This document shows positions 1-12,899 of a stretch of 64,000 nt of DNA, one piece after another. The notes beneath the pieces are model-generated. The model worked only from the letters and a program-made list of their open reading frames with translations. It was not told the DNA's origin and searched no databases. The stretch comes from Mobula hypostoma (Eukaryota). The stretch's first letter is position 1; every line of letters begins with the position of its first letter. The stretch lies in the NCBI RefSeq assembly GCF_963921235.1, contig NC_086100.1:11594001-11658000 (forward strand), read 5' to 3'. The position numbers and the translations under genes are program-made.

Positions 1-102
1 CTGTAGCCCAGTGTAATATTTGGAAGGAGGACGGGACTCCTGTTTATCTCCTGAATCGCAAATATCATAGCCTGAATGTAGCGGAACACTTGGAATTCCA
101 AA
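1..102 (-). CDS. V2R/OlfC-like receptor gene A, exon 2 (partial, continues beyond window)
   Basis: cag acceptor at 103-105; reads (S)[33 protein letters not shown], closely matching exon 2 of gene B; phase joins exon 1 (AG|T = Ser). Confidence 0.93.
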
Positions 103-557
103 CTGCAAGGAGATGCTTGGTAAATTAGCAAATCAGTACCACATTACTGCCACATGTACAGTGTAAACTGTGCTTTGCAGGCCAACCACACAGAGATTTT
201 TATAACAACAGTGCATTAATGTAGATCAAAAGAAAACAAGGGAGGGAGGTCGGCAGCCCACAGTAGAAATAAAGATGTGTAGGCATGGCAGGTTATAGAA
301 CTTAGTAACATTATAAAGCTCACTACTAAGTAGAGCTGTCAATAGCTCGGCCGTTCATAACCCTCAGGAGCGCCTGTAGTTTAGCTGTTCAATTACATCA
401 TGAATCTCAGTCCGGTGTACAGAAAGAAATTTGCTGCTTTGCTAGCTGCTAAACTTTTGAATGACTGAGTTCAAGAATCCATCCTATCCTACAGGAGACA
501 GCGGAGAGGCACGAATCAACATCGTGATACGAGTTGTACTGGAGCCTGTCCTTGTGT

Positions 558-637
<80 letters not shown>
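558..637. repeat. (GA)n microsatellite
   Basis: About 40 GA units with one interruption. Confidence 0.97.
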
Positions 638-639
<2 letters not shown>

Positions 640-1302
640 TTTATAAGTTAGAAGAAAGTTTTAATTTCCCATTTTGCAGCATTTTCTATTTAATTTAAAT
701 TCGTAGCACTTTTGGAATCATTATTAATTCTTTTCGGAACACAAAAATTTTGAGCCATTTTTGCCACAACGCCCAGGGAAAGTGCTAGTCAGGAGCAAAA
801 GGTGAGCTGCTGGAGGAACTGAGCGAGTCTGACAGAATCTATGGAGCGAAATGGACTGTCAACGTTCAGGATTGAACCCTTTAGTTGGCTTGTGTGATCT
901 GCTGTCATTGTGGACACGTTCTCCCACAATGCAGATATTGAAGAAAAACACATTGTTCCCCACTTAACGCCATTCTGTACGTACTTTACAATTCTGAATT
1001 TATACACGGTAAGTATTGACATCAACTTGATTATATGTTCTTGCATATGTATTAATTCTATCTGGTTTTAAGAGAATATCAATGAATTATTCGGCACGGA
1101 ATTTGGTTCGTATGTCACTAAAACTGCCAAAGTTACAAAATCCAGCCTAAATTCTCTCAGTTCTGATTATTGTAACCTCAAACTTTGTATTCCGATTCCA
1201 GCATCGAATCAGGAACTTCCGAATCGTTTGGTGTAATTCATTTATAAATATCATGAAGGAAATTGTCGAGACTTGAAGACCTTAGTATGGAGGGAAAATA
1301 TG

Positions 1303-2011
1303 TGTAAGGGATTTCTTTTTTTGTGTGTCACTGCGTACTCTAATTAAAATGGCTTCTTTGTTATGTTATAATTGAAAGGGCTTCTTTGTTATGTTAACTG
1401 CTGAGAAAGTCCCTCCCACTAGCAGTTGTTTGAATCACGTTACTGATAAGAAGATGTTATGAACCAATTGCGATAGTTGTTATGTTTTTGGTGTATTTGT
1501 AAGATATTGTATGCGCGGGGTTTTGGGAGAGAAGGCGGGAGAGGGAGCCAGAGGATGGATCAGGTGCTGTGAGTCCGCTAACGGGGTCGGACCCCGAGCG
1601 GGGCGTTCTGCGAGGAGAGGAGTCGGAGACGCAGACGGACTCGTGTGGAGCGTCTAGTCGACCACCGTTGATGGTCCCAGGCGGCCGGTCGAGGTGGTCC
1701 GAGGGGTCGCAGGGTGAAGAAGAAGGGTCCTGAGCTCCAACTGTTTGTGCACGAAGAGATTGAACTTTGACAAATGTGGTGCCTTTTATTTCCCTTTTAT
1801 ATTTTATTCTCTATTAATTATATAGTTCCAGTAATATCTATAAAACTGCAAATCATTTAATCATATCTCGTGTATTGTCTGTTATTTGGGCGGGGTGGGG
1901 TACATCACACAGCATCCACACAAACTTATTACCCAGTTTGGTGGGGCCGAGGGCTGTTTCCCTAAACGACAGTGAGCCGAACGACCCTAGGGCTGGCCAG
2001 GGGGGGCTACA
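1303..2011. mobile_element. Probable solo LTR inserted in an old CR1 3' fragment in gene A intron 1
   Basis: TGTA...TACA termini, imperfect 4-bp TSD (tatg/gatg), ~710 bp; flanks rejoin into a CR1 RT C-terminal-like sequence. Confidence 0.6.
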
Positions 2012-3661
2012 GATGAATAGTTTAGGACTTTTTCTGTGGAATGTAGAGGACTGATAGGGAATACAAAATTATTAGGGGTATAGATAGGGGTAGAAACAGG
2101 ATAGTCTCACTGCAATTTGGTGAGAGGACAACTATTGTTCTTGGGTTGAGGGAGAAAGGTGAAACATTTAAAGGAAGGTGAGGAGGATATTCACTCAGAG
2201 AGTAGTGAGTATGGAACGAGTAACGAGGGCAAATAGTGGATGCGGGGACTATTTCAACATTTAATTTAAATTTCGACAGGTAGTTGGATGAGATAGCAAT
2301 AGAAGGTTATGGAGGTGCAGTTCGATGGGACTTGAGAGATGAATGGATCGGGATAAACTATATGGACCGAAGGGCCCGTCTCTGTTATGTCGTTCGAGGA
2401 CTCTATGGCTCCATAAAATGATTTGTCAGTGTTGCGTCGATCCTACTAAAATAATTATCACTTATTCTTGTCATATTATCTAAAAACTGTGAGAAGCCTA
2501 TCTTGCATACTGATCGTACAGATGAAATCATTGAACAGTGCATTGAGGTAGAACAAGGCAAAACAAAATGCAGAATAGGGTGCAACATTTACAGAGAAAA
2601 TCCAGTGTAGGTAACTACTAAGATGCAAGATCATAGCGATGTGGATTATGAGGTCAAATGGCCATCTAATCATATTTGGGAACTATTTAGCAATCTCATA
2701 ACACCAGAGTAAAATAGTCTTTGAGCTAGTCGGTCCGTACGTTCAGGCTTTTGTATCTTTTGCTTGATGGAAGAGGGGAGAAGATGTGTTTTTGGGACTG
2801 GGGTCTTCGATTATGCTAGTTGCTTTACTGAGTGAGAATGGAGTATTGACAGAGAATGTAGGGGACACTGGTGTCCGCGTTCTGATGAGATGTGTCCACG
2901 ATTCTCTCCATTTCGATGCCACCATGTGGAGAGCAGGTAGCCTAGCAAACCATCATCCAGATAGGATGATTTCTGTGGTGCATCGAGATAATGAATCATG
3001 TTGAGTGCGATTTGCTTTGTAACGGGAACTATTCGGTCACTATCACTAATGATTTCTGACATTTTTATTGAGAATACAATTCACCAAACAGAACAACTAT
3101 TAGCTATTTCTCAAAATACTCTTCAGCTTCATGGTTTGTGGAGTAGGTTTCAAACATCTGCATTTCTGTTATAGATTAATTGGAAATAAAATATATACTA
3201 AAAGAAACCATTTTGTTTCCTTCTCTTTATCATCACAATAAATACAATTAATGCCAAGAACGATCGTATTGGTGGAATCTATAGAAGCATCTAGTCTAGT
3301 AAACGATGTTGGCTCTATGAGAACACATCCATGCTAATAACAATGTCGAAACGTGATTAAATTCTGGACTAAACTTTTAGAGAAACACTCCGGAACGAGA
3401 AACAGGCAAACAGACAGAAACTGAAATTGATTCTATCGCACCAAATGTTACTCCAGCTAACGAACTCAATATCGAAACCAGTAAAGGCTGGAAATACTCT
3501 GTCGGGAGATAAAGCGTATTTCCAGCAACTTCTGTGGAAAGAGATTCTGGGTTAAAGATCCAGGTCTAAGACTCCCCACTAGAACACCATAAGGGAGAAG
3601 GTTAAGTTAGTTTTAAGTTACAGAGAAACGATAGACCCGGCACTCAGCGCACTAATCTGAC

Positions 3662-3867
3662 CTTTCACATTTCACAGTTCTCGGTTTGATTTCAAATGGA
3701 AGCTCCGAATCTTCTGTACGAGAGTGCAGACCAAAAATTCCACCGATGTCGATGTCTCCTTCCTTCGATAAACTAGACAAATCAAACATTTCTCTGCGTT
3801 TACATATCAGGCTGCCAGTGGACACTGCAAGGGGTAATAATAACCTCCAAAGAACCACACAGCACAT
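3662..3867 (-). CDS. V2R/OlfC-like receptor gene A, exon 1 (signal peptide and start of Venus flytrap domain)
   Basis: MCCVVLWRLLLPLAVSTG...SKEGDIDIGGIFGLH...VKCE; GT donor at 3661-3660; 206 bp, same length as gene B exon 1. Confidence 0.92.
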
Positions 3868-4500
3868 ATTTGCTTTCGTTCTCACTCTTGCTGACAAAGG
3901 ACCACGGGGTTTTGTCGCTGAGCTCATGCTTGGGCGAGCAATGTTATTTCCCCTGACGAAAGAAATGACAAATTGGCACTTTAATCTAATTCGAAACATA
4001 AACAAATATACCGTGTCACGCTATATGACCATAAATAGGGACACATGATTACGGCTGTGTTGATGTTCTCGAAAACAGTTAAATAGCCAATTGGGCACAG
4101 CTGAAAGCTAGTGTTCACAGGGATCATAATAACTCCATCTTTCGCTTTATTGCTTCCTATCTCACTAATAATTTTATTGTGAAACACCATAGCCTATGTT
4201 AAAGGGAGCGAATCGATTGTTGAGTCAGTCGAAACCTCAAAATAACATTGCAAGGAGTAACCTGCGTTCTGTAGTACTATGATGAACACACTAAAGTTGG
4301 AACCGATAGTGGTGAATTCACGTTAGTTATATATTTCCTGCTGGATTAAATGTCAATTTGATGGACTAGATTTGCGTATTTCCTTCAGAATAGTAAGGCC
4401 ACATGCTTTACAGAAATGATAAATCTGGAATTTTGTAGCTTTTTGTTGGCTCTACATATCACCTTCCAGTTTCTTTCACAATACCCACTCTTCCCTCCGC
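3868..4500 (-). promoter_or_regulatory. Putative 5' UTR/proximal promoter of gene A, homologous to that of gene B
   Basis: Aligns by eye with 30055-30690; shared minus-strand TATTTA (4032-4037), TAATCA (4046-4051) and CCAAT (within 4087-4094). Confidence 0.6.
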
Positions 4501-4539
4501 ATCTGCCTATCACCTGCTTTCAGTAGACACTGTGGACTT

Positions 4540-7500
4540 GAATGGGACAGTCGAATGATGTGCTCTCTCCCAGGTGCCAAGGTTAGGGACGTCTTGGATC
4601 ACGTCCGCAGCATTTTGGAGGGGGATAGATAGCAGCCAGATGTTTTGGTACATATTGGTGCCAATGACAAAGGAAGGAAAAGCAAAGATGTTTTCAAAAG
4701 AGAAATTAGAGAGCTAGGCAGGAGGCTGCGAATCAGGACCTCCAGGGAGATAATTTCTGGATTGCAGCTTGCGCCCCGTGCCTGTGAAGGTAGAAACAGG
4801 ATGAAATGGCAGATTAATCCGTGGCTGAGGAGCTGGTGCAGGGTGCATGGTTCAGGTTCTTGGATCATTGCATCTCTTCTGGGGGAGGTATGCCCTGTAC
4901 AAAAGTGACTGTTTGCACCCGAACTTGAAGGTACCAGTACTCTAGCGGGCAGATTGATAGAGCTGTCGGGGAGGGTTTAAACTAATTTGGCAGGGGTGTG
5001 GAAACCGAATTGAAGGGACTCAGGATAGGACGGATGGTAATAAAGCAAAGATTGCAGACTGTGAGGTAGGACAGGCAGATGATAGAACAAAATTGCAGCC
5101 AGCAGGATGAGTATCAGTGCATTAGGGATGCAAAATTAAAAATGGTAGTATATACAGTGCTGGAAGTGTTATATCTCAATGCACGGACTATTACAAAAAA
5201 GGTGGATGATCTTGTTGCATTATTACAGATAGTCATGAATGATGCTGTGGCTGTCACTCAAGCGTGGCTGAAAGATGGTTGTAGTTAGAAACTGAAAGTT
5301 AAACATTGCCTCGGAGGGATACGAAGGTAGTCAGGGGGTATGGCTCCGCTGGCAAAGAATGGCATTAAATCAGTGGAAAGATTGCATTAGATTATGAGGA
5401 CACTCAGTCCTCGTTTATTGTCATTTAGAAATGCATGCATTAAAAATGATACAATGTTCCTCCGGAGAGATATCACAAGAAACACCTGGCAAACCAAAAC
5501 TAAAATTGACAAAACCGCATAATTATAACATATAGTTACAACAGTGCAAAGCAATACCGTAATTTGATAAAGAGCAGACCATGGGCACGGTAAAAAAAAA
5601 AATCTCAAAGTTCCGATAGCCTCATCATCTCACGCAGACGGTAGAAGGGAGAAACTCTCCCTGCCATGAACCTCCAAGCGCCGCAAACTTGCCGATGCAG
5701 CACCATTGGAAGCACCCGACCGCAGCGGACTCTGAGTCCGTCCGAAAACTTCGAGCTTCCGACCAGCCCTCCGACATTGAGGACCGAGCACTATCCTCTG
5801 CCGAGCGCTTCGACACTGCCCCGGCAGCCGAACAACAAGCAAAGCCGCGGACTCGGAGCCTCCCCCTCCAGAGATTCTGGATCACACAGCAGTAGCAGCA
5901 GCGAAGCAGGCATTTCAGAAGTTTCACCAGATGTTCCTCCGTGCTCTCACGTCTGTCTTCATGAAATCAGGATTGTGCATGGCACCCTACTTTACAGATA
6001 ACAGACATCACCACCGCAGTGGCCGCTGCGAGCTGCGTCGTGCCACCATCTTCTTCTGCCGCCCATAGATGTGACATAGGATGGGAAGATGTTGAATTCT
6101 TCAGGGTCGAGTTAAGAAACTTCAAGGGGACAAGGATCCATGATGTCAGTTATATAGAGACCTTCCAACAGTAGGTAGAATGTGGACTACCGATTACCGC
6201 GGGAAATAGAAAAGACGTGTCAAAAGGGCAATGTTGTGATACTCATGGGGGATTTCAACATGCAGGTCAGTTGGGAAATTGGGATGGTAATGGACATCAA
6301 GACAATTAGCTTGTTGAATGTCTACGAAATGGTGTTTTTTGAGCAGTTTGTCGTTGATCCCACTAGGGGATCAGCTATACTGATTTGGGTTTTATGTAAT
6401 GAACCGGATTCGGGAGCTAAAGGAAAATAATGTAAAATGGAGGCTATGGGTAACCCCAGGTAATTTATAAAATAAGTACATGATTGGCACAGTGTCGGTT
6501 GCCGAAGGACCTGTGTTTTGCTGTAGTTTTCTATGTTTCTATGTCTAACATTAAGGAGCCAGTGAACACAATATGATTGAGGTAACTTGAAATTTGATAG
6601 GGAGAAAGTAAAGTCTAACGTAGTAGTATTTCAGCAGAGTAAAGGAAATTACTCCACTGAAATTAAAGGTATGAGAGAAGAATTGGAAGGAGATGTTGAC
6701 AATGATGACTGCAGAGCAGTAATGGCATGAGTTTCTGGGAAAAATGAGGAAGATGCAGGATAAATGTAATGCAAAAAAAGAAGTAATGCTGAAATGGCGA
6801 AATAGTATGTCTGTGGCTCACAAGGGAAGTAAAAGCTAATGTAAAAGCAAAAGAGAGGACATACAGAAAAGTATAAATTTGCGGGAAGTTAGAGGATTGG
6901 GGATCTTTTAAAAACCTACAGAGGGCAACTAGAAGAATCATTAGCGGTGAAATGACGAAATATGAAAGAAAGCTAGCAAACAAAGTCAAAGAGAACAGTA
7001 AAGTCTTTTTCAAGTATGTAAAAAAATAAAAGAAAGATGAGCGTGGATATAGGAGTGCTAGAAAATGAGGCCAGAGAAATATTAACAGGGGACAAGGAGA
7101 TGGCAGATGAACTAAATAAGTATTCTGCAACAGTATTCGCTGTGGAAGACACTAGCAGTGCGACAGATGTTGAAGAGTACGGGGGAAGAGAAGTGAGTGC
7201 AGTTACTATTACAAGAAAGAGTTTGCCCAGAAAATTGAAAAGCCTGTGGGTAAGTAATTCACTCGGACCAGATGAAGTACGCCCTAGGATTCTGAAAGAG
7301 GTAGCGGTAGAAATTGTGGAGGCATTGGTAGCAACTTTTCAAGAATCATTGTCTTCTGGCATGGTACTAGAGGTTGGAAAATTCCAGATGTCACTCCCCA
7401 CTCTAAGAAAGGAGGATGGCAGTCGAAGGGAAATTATAGACCAGTGAGCCTGACCTCACTCGTTGGGAAGATGTTGGAGTCAATTGTTAAGTATAAGGTT

Positions 7501-8120
7501 ATGGATTACTTGATTACACGGGGCAAGATAAGACAATGTCAGCATGTTTTTCTCAAGGGAACCTGTTGGACTTCTTTGAAAGATTACAAGTAGGAAAGAT
7601 AAAGGGTATGTAGTGGACGTTGCATATTTGTATTTTCAGAAGGCCCTTGATAAGGTGCCACACATGAAGATGCTTAGCAAGTTAAGAAACCATGGCATTA
7701 CAGGAAAGCTACTGCCTTGATTAGAGCATTGGCAGATTGGCAGTGAGTTGGAATAAAATTATTCTTTTCTGCTTGGCTGCCAGCGACTAGTGGTGTTCTG
7801 ACTGGGGCGGTGTTGGGACCGCTTCTTTGTATGCTATATATATATCAATGATTCAGATGATGGAATAGATGGTTTTGTGGGCAAGTTTTCAAATGATAGG
7901 AACATTGGTGGAGGGGAAGGTAGTTTTGAGGAAGCAGGTAGACTACAGAAGGACTTAGACAGAGCATGCGAATGGGCAAGAAATCGGTAAATGAAGTATA
8001 ATGTTGGAAAATGCATGGTCATGCACTTTGGTAGTAGAAATAAATGTGCAGACTATTATTTAAACGGGGAGAAATCCAAAAACCTGAGATACAAAGGGAC
8101 TTAGGAGTCCTTGCGCAGAA
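4540..8120 (+). mobile_element. Degenerate CR1 LINE (ORF1 esterase end, endonuclease, RT), interrupted by younger insertions
   Basis: VHIGAND esterase motif, YLNAR, GDFN, GPDEVRPRILKE and RT-like sequence, with many stops and frameshifts. Confidence 0.88.
5386..6062 (-). mobile_element. Non-autonomous retroposon (~670 bp), copy 1
   Basis: Clearly homologous to 20070-20742; minus-strand 5' end with an AAGATGG YY1-like motif, AATAAA near the 3' end and an AATCT tail; splits a CR1 with a short agat duplication. Confidence 0.75.
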
Positions 8121-8685
8121 CAGCCACCCACTTCAACTCTGCTTCCCACTCCCATTCAGATATGTCCATACATGGCCTCCTGTACTGCCATGATGAGGCT
8201 AAATTCAGGTTGGAGGAGCAACACCTCATATACTGTCTAGGTAGTCTCCAGCCCCTTGGTAGGAGCATAGAATTCTCCAACTTCTGGTAATTCCCTCCCC
8301 CTCCTTTCCTCTATCCCTATGTCACTCTGCCCCCTCCCCCAGCTGCCTATCACCTCCCTCATGGTTCTGCCTCCTTCTACTACCCATTGTGTTTTCCCCT
8401 ATTCCTTCTTCAGCTTCCCTGCCTATCACCTCCCTGCTTCCCCTCCCCCACCCCTTTATCTTTCCCCTTACTGGTTTTTCACCTGGAACCTACCAGCCTT
8501 CTCCTTCCCACCCTCCCCCCACCTTCTTTATAGGGCCTCTGCCCCTTCCCCCTACAGTCCTGACGAAGAGTTCCAGCCCGAAACGTCGACCGATCTTTTC
8601 CGCGGATGCTGCCCGACCTGCTGAATTCCTCCAGCGTGTTGTGAGTGTTGCTTTCACCCCAGCATCTGCAGATTATTTTGTGCTT
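8121..8685 (+). mobile_element. 5'-truncated Penelope-like element: GIY-YIG C-terminus plus 3' terminal repeat
   Basis: 8123-8290 reads ATHFNSASHSHSDMSIHGL...RLEEQHLIYCLGSLQPLG...FW*, typical of the end of the Penelope endonuclease, followed by a pyrimidine-rich UTR and a hammerhead motif. Confidence 0.85.
8555..8592 (+). ncRNA. Minimal type I hammerhead ribozyme motif (core intact, stems imperfect)
   Basis: CAGTC-CTGACGA-agagttccagccc-GAAAC-GTC-GACCG. Confidence 0.65.
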
Positions 8686-8921
8686 ACGAATCTTTCATCA
8701 GGATCCATACCTATCACCTGCCGTTGTTGGTCTACTGCTAACCCCTCATCTCCTCACGCTTGCCATTTCCCCTCGATCTTTCAGACTAGACGAAAGATCT
8801 CAACCTAAAATCTGGACTGTCCATTTCCCTGCGCAGACTATGCCTGACTGTTGTGTTCCTTCAGCGTTTGTATTCTTGCTTTGAACTCTATGCACCGGGC
8901 AGACCCAGTTATCTGTGGGAA

Positions 8922-10115
8922 TGTCACGGTCCCGATCGGTTATTCTCTGGTACCCTTTAAATTTCCTTCGTGTCATGTTCGGGACCATTGACTCCATGTT
9001 TTCCTTTAATTCATTGTTTTCTCGTGTTTCTTAAGCTCTGTAATTAAAGACACTTGATTCTCTGCTGAACGGTCATTATACAGTGTCGCGCTAACTGCTG
9101 CTCAGGGCTTGACCGTCACGCCAATGAAGCAAGTGCGAGCAAGTTACATCGCCGGAGCAATCAAGTCTCCTCTCGGAAGCGAGTGCCAGTAAGTTGCCTC
9201 TCCTCGCTGGAGCGTTCCCATCCGGTTACCGCGCCTCAGCGAGCCTGCTATGCTGCCTCGCCGGAGCAGATCCGTCAAGTTAACCCGCCAAAGTGAGTCA
9301 ACAGCCGCTGTCTGTAGTTCCGGGGCCGAGTCGCGAGCTTGCCGCTACTGGGAGCCATTTCGTTCCAAGACAAAAGAAATGTCTATCGTTGTGTGGTTTT
9401 GTCTCTTCGTGTCCCAGTCTCCAGTAGGTAGGTACGGCCGTTTGCCACTATCTTGAGATGAAAACTGTCTCTCTATGTCCTCGCCTCCGCTGGGTAGGTC
9501 CGGCTGTTTGCCACTACCTGCAGTTGGGAACTGTCTCTTTGTGTCCTCGCCTCCACTGGGTAGGTCCGGCCGTTTGCCGGTACCCTGAGTGGGGAAATAT
9601 AACTTTGTATTCTGTGTCCTGTGTCCAAGGAAGAGTCCCAGCTCTGTGTCCTGTGTCTAAGAAGAGTCCCGGCTCTGTGACCTGTGTCCCCGAAGAGTCC
9701 CGGCTCTGTGACCTGTGTCCCCGAAGAGTGCCGGCTCTGAGTCCTATATCCAAGGAAGAGTCTTGGCTCTGTGTTTCGATGTTCCGAGTTCCAAGTCCAG
9801 GCTCCGATGTTCCGAGTTGCAAGTCCCTGTCCAAGTCCAAGTTCGGGTCTCGAGTCCCAAGACCCAGCCCAAGTCCAAGTCCGGGTCTCGAGTCACAAGC
9901 CAAGCCACGTCCTGAGTCCCAGTCTAAGTCCAATGACCGAGCCCAACTTCAGACCTGCATATTCCCGCTTCACTTCATTCACTCCTTGATGTCTCTCTGT
10001 AAAATCCTTGCTTCCATGCTTTCCTAGTTAGTATTAATATACTCTATTTTTGTTAACACTCCAAAACGTGTTTGTGTCCTACATTTGGGTCCACCCTTGC
10101 TCCGCACTTGTGACG
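8922..10115 (+). mobile_element. Solo LTR (Ty3/Gypsy-like) with internal tandem repeats
   Basis: TGTCA...TGACG termini, exact 5-bp TSD GGGAA (8917-8921 and 10116-10120), internal GAGTCCCGGCTCTGTG and CCAAGT repeat arrays. Confidence 0.75.
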
Positions 10116-10306
10116 GGGAAGAGGTAACTGAGGACAATGACATGTGTATACACCCTAATAGATGATAGCCCAGAACGCATTTTGTCTTTAATGTGGGGCA
10201 ATGAAAGAGCAATGTGTTGCAAACAAGCAGAGTTTAACTAGAATAGAGGAAGCATATGTTACAAGAATTGCCCCTTGTAATCATGATCAGTGAGGCACAG
10301 AGAATC

Positions 10307-11036
10307 TGTTGTTACCGACAAGTAACTTTTATTGTTTCAACTAAAAGCACGTGGGTTCACAAACTGTCGCTGTGTGTATCCTACTAGAACTCCCTGACAG
10401 TCCATGAACAGTCAATGAAGAGAAAAGAATATTACCCGGGAAAGGGGTCTACACTGGCCAGGCTTTCCTCGTGGTCCCGATCTCCATGTGTCCGTGGGGT
10501 CCTCCTTATCCGCGATGGTTGGTCTCTGGCTGCTGGAGAGTTGTCGCCCCTGAGTATTTCGAGCTCCTGAGTCTTGTACTGCTCCTCATCAATTGAACCA
10601 TTGGATCTCCATCCCATTGGCTAAGGGTCACCAGACCCACCTGGGGCACCTTCTTACTGGTCATTGTACAGGGCTACAGCCAACATTGTTTCGTAGCGCT
10701 GCCCACCCCAGCCTTGTGTATTTGTGTCTTTACGCTCTGACTGGACTAAACCAGTTAAATGAGGCAGCCAAGACACAGTGTAACGAGATTACCTATTGCA
10801 GGTCTGGCATTTTACGAAACAAGTAGCTACTCCCCTGAGAAAGGTCTCAGGCATATTGCTCTGATTAGATTGTTCCAGAGCAAGGACTAGTTCAGAGTCT
10901 ATGTCCTTTACTTAACAAATGGCTATTTGTTTGAGAATGGTCTCAGGTTTAGAAGATCATTACCTGAAGCTTCCCGTGTCCACATTCAGTTTCTCTGATT
11001 AGATTATCCAAGAGCAAAAAACTGCTTAGAATCTAC
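10307..11036 (-). mobile_element. Possible ERV-type solo LTR
   Basis: Minus strand: TG start, duplicated blocks (10840-11030), tandem CCAAT boxes near 10600-10620, AATAAA ~20 nt before a CA end; no convincing TSD. Confidence 0.4.
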
Positions 11037-12304
11037 AAAATGGGGGAAACAAAGTAATTTGTCTTCTTCCCCTGTCCTTGATCAGACTGCAGTTTCTTCT
11101 GGCCAACACACAGAGCAGCTGGGTTGGACACAGGAATCACATGTAACCTTTGTTCCGGAAAAAAAAACTTTCCAAATTTACTCCATTTTGACACAATTTG
11201 CAAGTGAAAGTTGTAATGGTGACGAACATATTAATTTCCAGCCCAGATATTATCGACATCCCCTTCTCTCCGATCTGCCAGGACACCTAAAAGCCTGAAA
11301 ACTTACTGCCAGTCGCTATCCCGGGCTTATAAGTCTATCGCACGGTTCCGCAATACGACAAGATGGACTCCTGACCTCAGAATTTGGCTCGAAATGGCCC
11401 TTACACCTTGTTGTTTGCTTTCTCCGTAAACTTTCTCTGTAACTGAAGCAATTTATTCTGAATTCAGTTATTCCTTTTGCATGCTGTGCTGATGTGAAGA
11501 AAAGAACTGTACGGATGGCGTCATCCGAGAAGTGTGCTATTTCTTCACTTAAGAACGCACTCAAGACGAAAAAAGCAGGGCTTCGAGGCATTCTATCAGA
11601 TTTGGTCTGCATCCGATCCGTGAGCAGGAATCATTAGAAAGGGCGAATAAGAATAAGGCAGAGGCAAGTGGAACGGCTATTGTTGTGAGCGGACCAGTGT
11701 CAGAGTCTGAGGCTTTGGCGAGATCACGCTTGGGGGAGGTAGATATCTGTTCAGTTTCTTTTTCTTCATTCTTATTCTTCGTCTGTTCAGGCACAGTTAG
11801 TACCGTGAGAATGGCTCCATGGGGCTGTGGTTTGCCCGCTCTGTGAGATGGGAATGCTGGGCGACCTCCGGCCTTTCGAATAACTTAACCTGGACCAGGC
11901 ACACCGAGCTACAGCTCAAGAACGTGTTAAGGAACTGGAGCTGCTGCTCAATAACCTTTGGCTCAGACGGGAGACTGGAAAAGTGATAGGTAGGAGCTAT
12001 AGTGAAGCTATCACCTCTAGGTTACAGGAGGCAGGTAACAGGGTGACTGTCAGCAGAAGAGTTCCCCACGTGGCTGTTCCCTCCAATAGTAAGTATACCA
12101 CTTTGGATACTGTTGAGGGAGACGAACTACCGGGGGAAGCCGCAGCAGATGACATGGAGTGGGAATTTGTACAATTTGTACAATTGCTATAGGTAGAGCT
12201 AAGCAACTGCATAGGTAAAATGACCTCCATGGAAGTTATATACAGACCCCTAAAGAACGGGAGATAGAAAATAAATATCAAAAGAGCAATGATACGGCAG
12301 TCCG

Positions 12305-12670
12305 AGCAACACACACAAAATGCTGGAGGAACTCGGCAGGCCAGGCAGCATTTATGGGAAAAAAGTACAGTCGAAGTTTCGGGCCAAGACCCTTTGCAGG
12401 ACTGGAGAAAAAAAGCTGACGAGTAGATTTAAAATGTGGGGATTGGTGAGATGAGGTGAGAGTGGGAAAAGAGGATGGGAAATGGAGAAGGTGGTGGGGG
12501 AGGGGGGGCAGTGGTTGGTCGCATTACCGGACTTTTCAAAAATCGATGTTTATGCCATCAGGATGGAGGCTACACTAAAGGAATATAAGGTGTTTCTCCT
12601 CCAACCTAAGCGTGGCTTCATCTGGAGAGTGGAGGTCATGGATGGAAATATCGGAATAGGAATGGGAAAT
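12305..12670 (-). mobile_element. Penelope-like 3' terminal fragment with decayed hammerhead
   Basis: Reverse complement gives CAGTC-CTGCAAA-GGGTCTTGGCCC-GAAAC-TTC-GACTG (12368-12404) downstream of a GIY-YIG C-terminal remnant. Confidence 0.7.
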
Positions 12671-12899
12671 GTAATTAAAATGGGTGTCTGTTCCAGAGAT
12701 GCCGATTCTGAAAAAGTTTAAACCTTCCCTCCAACGGGAGTTCAGTTAAATTCTCTTTCAGTGCTCCCCCGCTGTGTCCCTGCTGCTGTCCAAATCATTG
12801 ACCACATAGTTTTAAAAAGGAGCATTTGCCGGGCTCCTTGTATTAGCGGCGGACCAATCAATTCGCGGAGAGATCGAGATTCGCACGGGTGCAAGTAAA

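Noticed and set aside
9458-10027. 189-aa and overlapping ORFs as novel genes, or the repeats as a CRISPR-like array
   Set aside because: Low-complexity tandem repeats inside an LTR, with no unique spacers and a eukaryotic context.
12716-12723. Another GTTTAAAC
   Set aside because: Not at an ORF1/ORF2 junction, so not counted as frameshift evidence.
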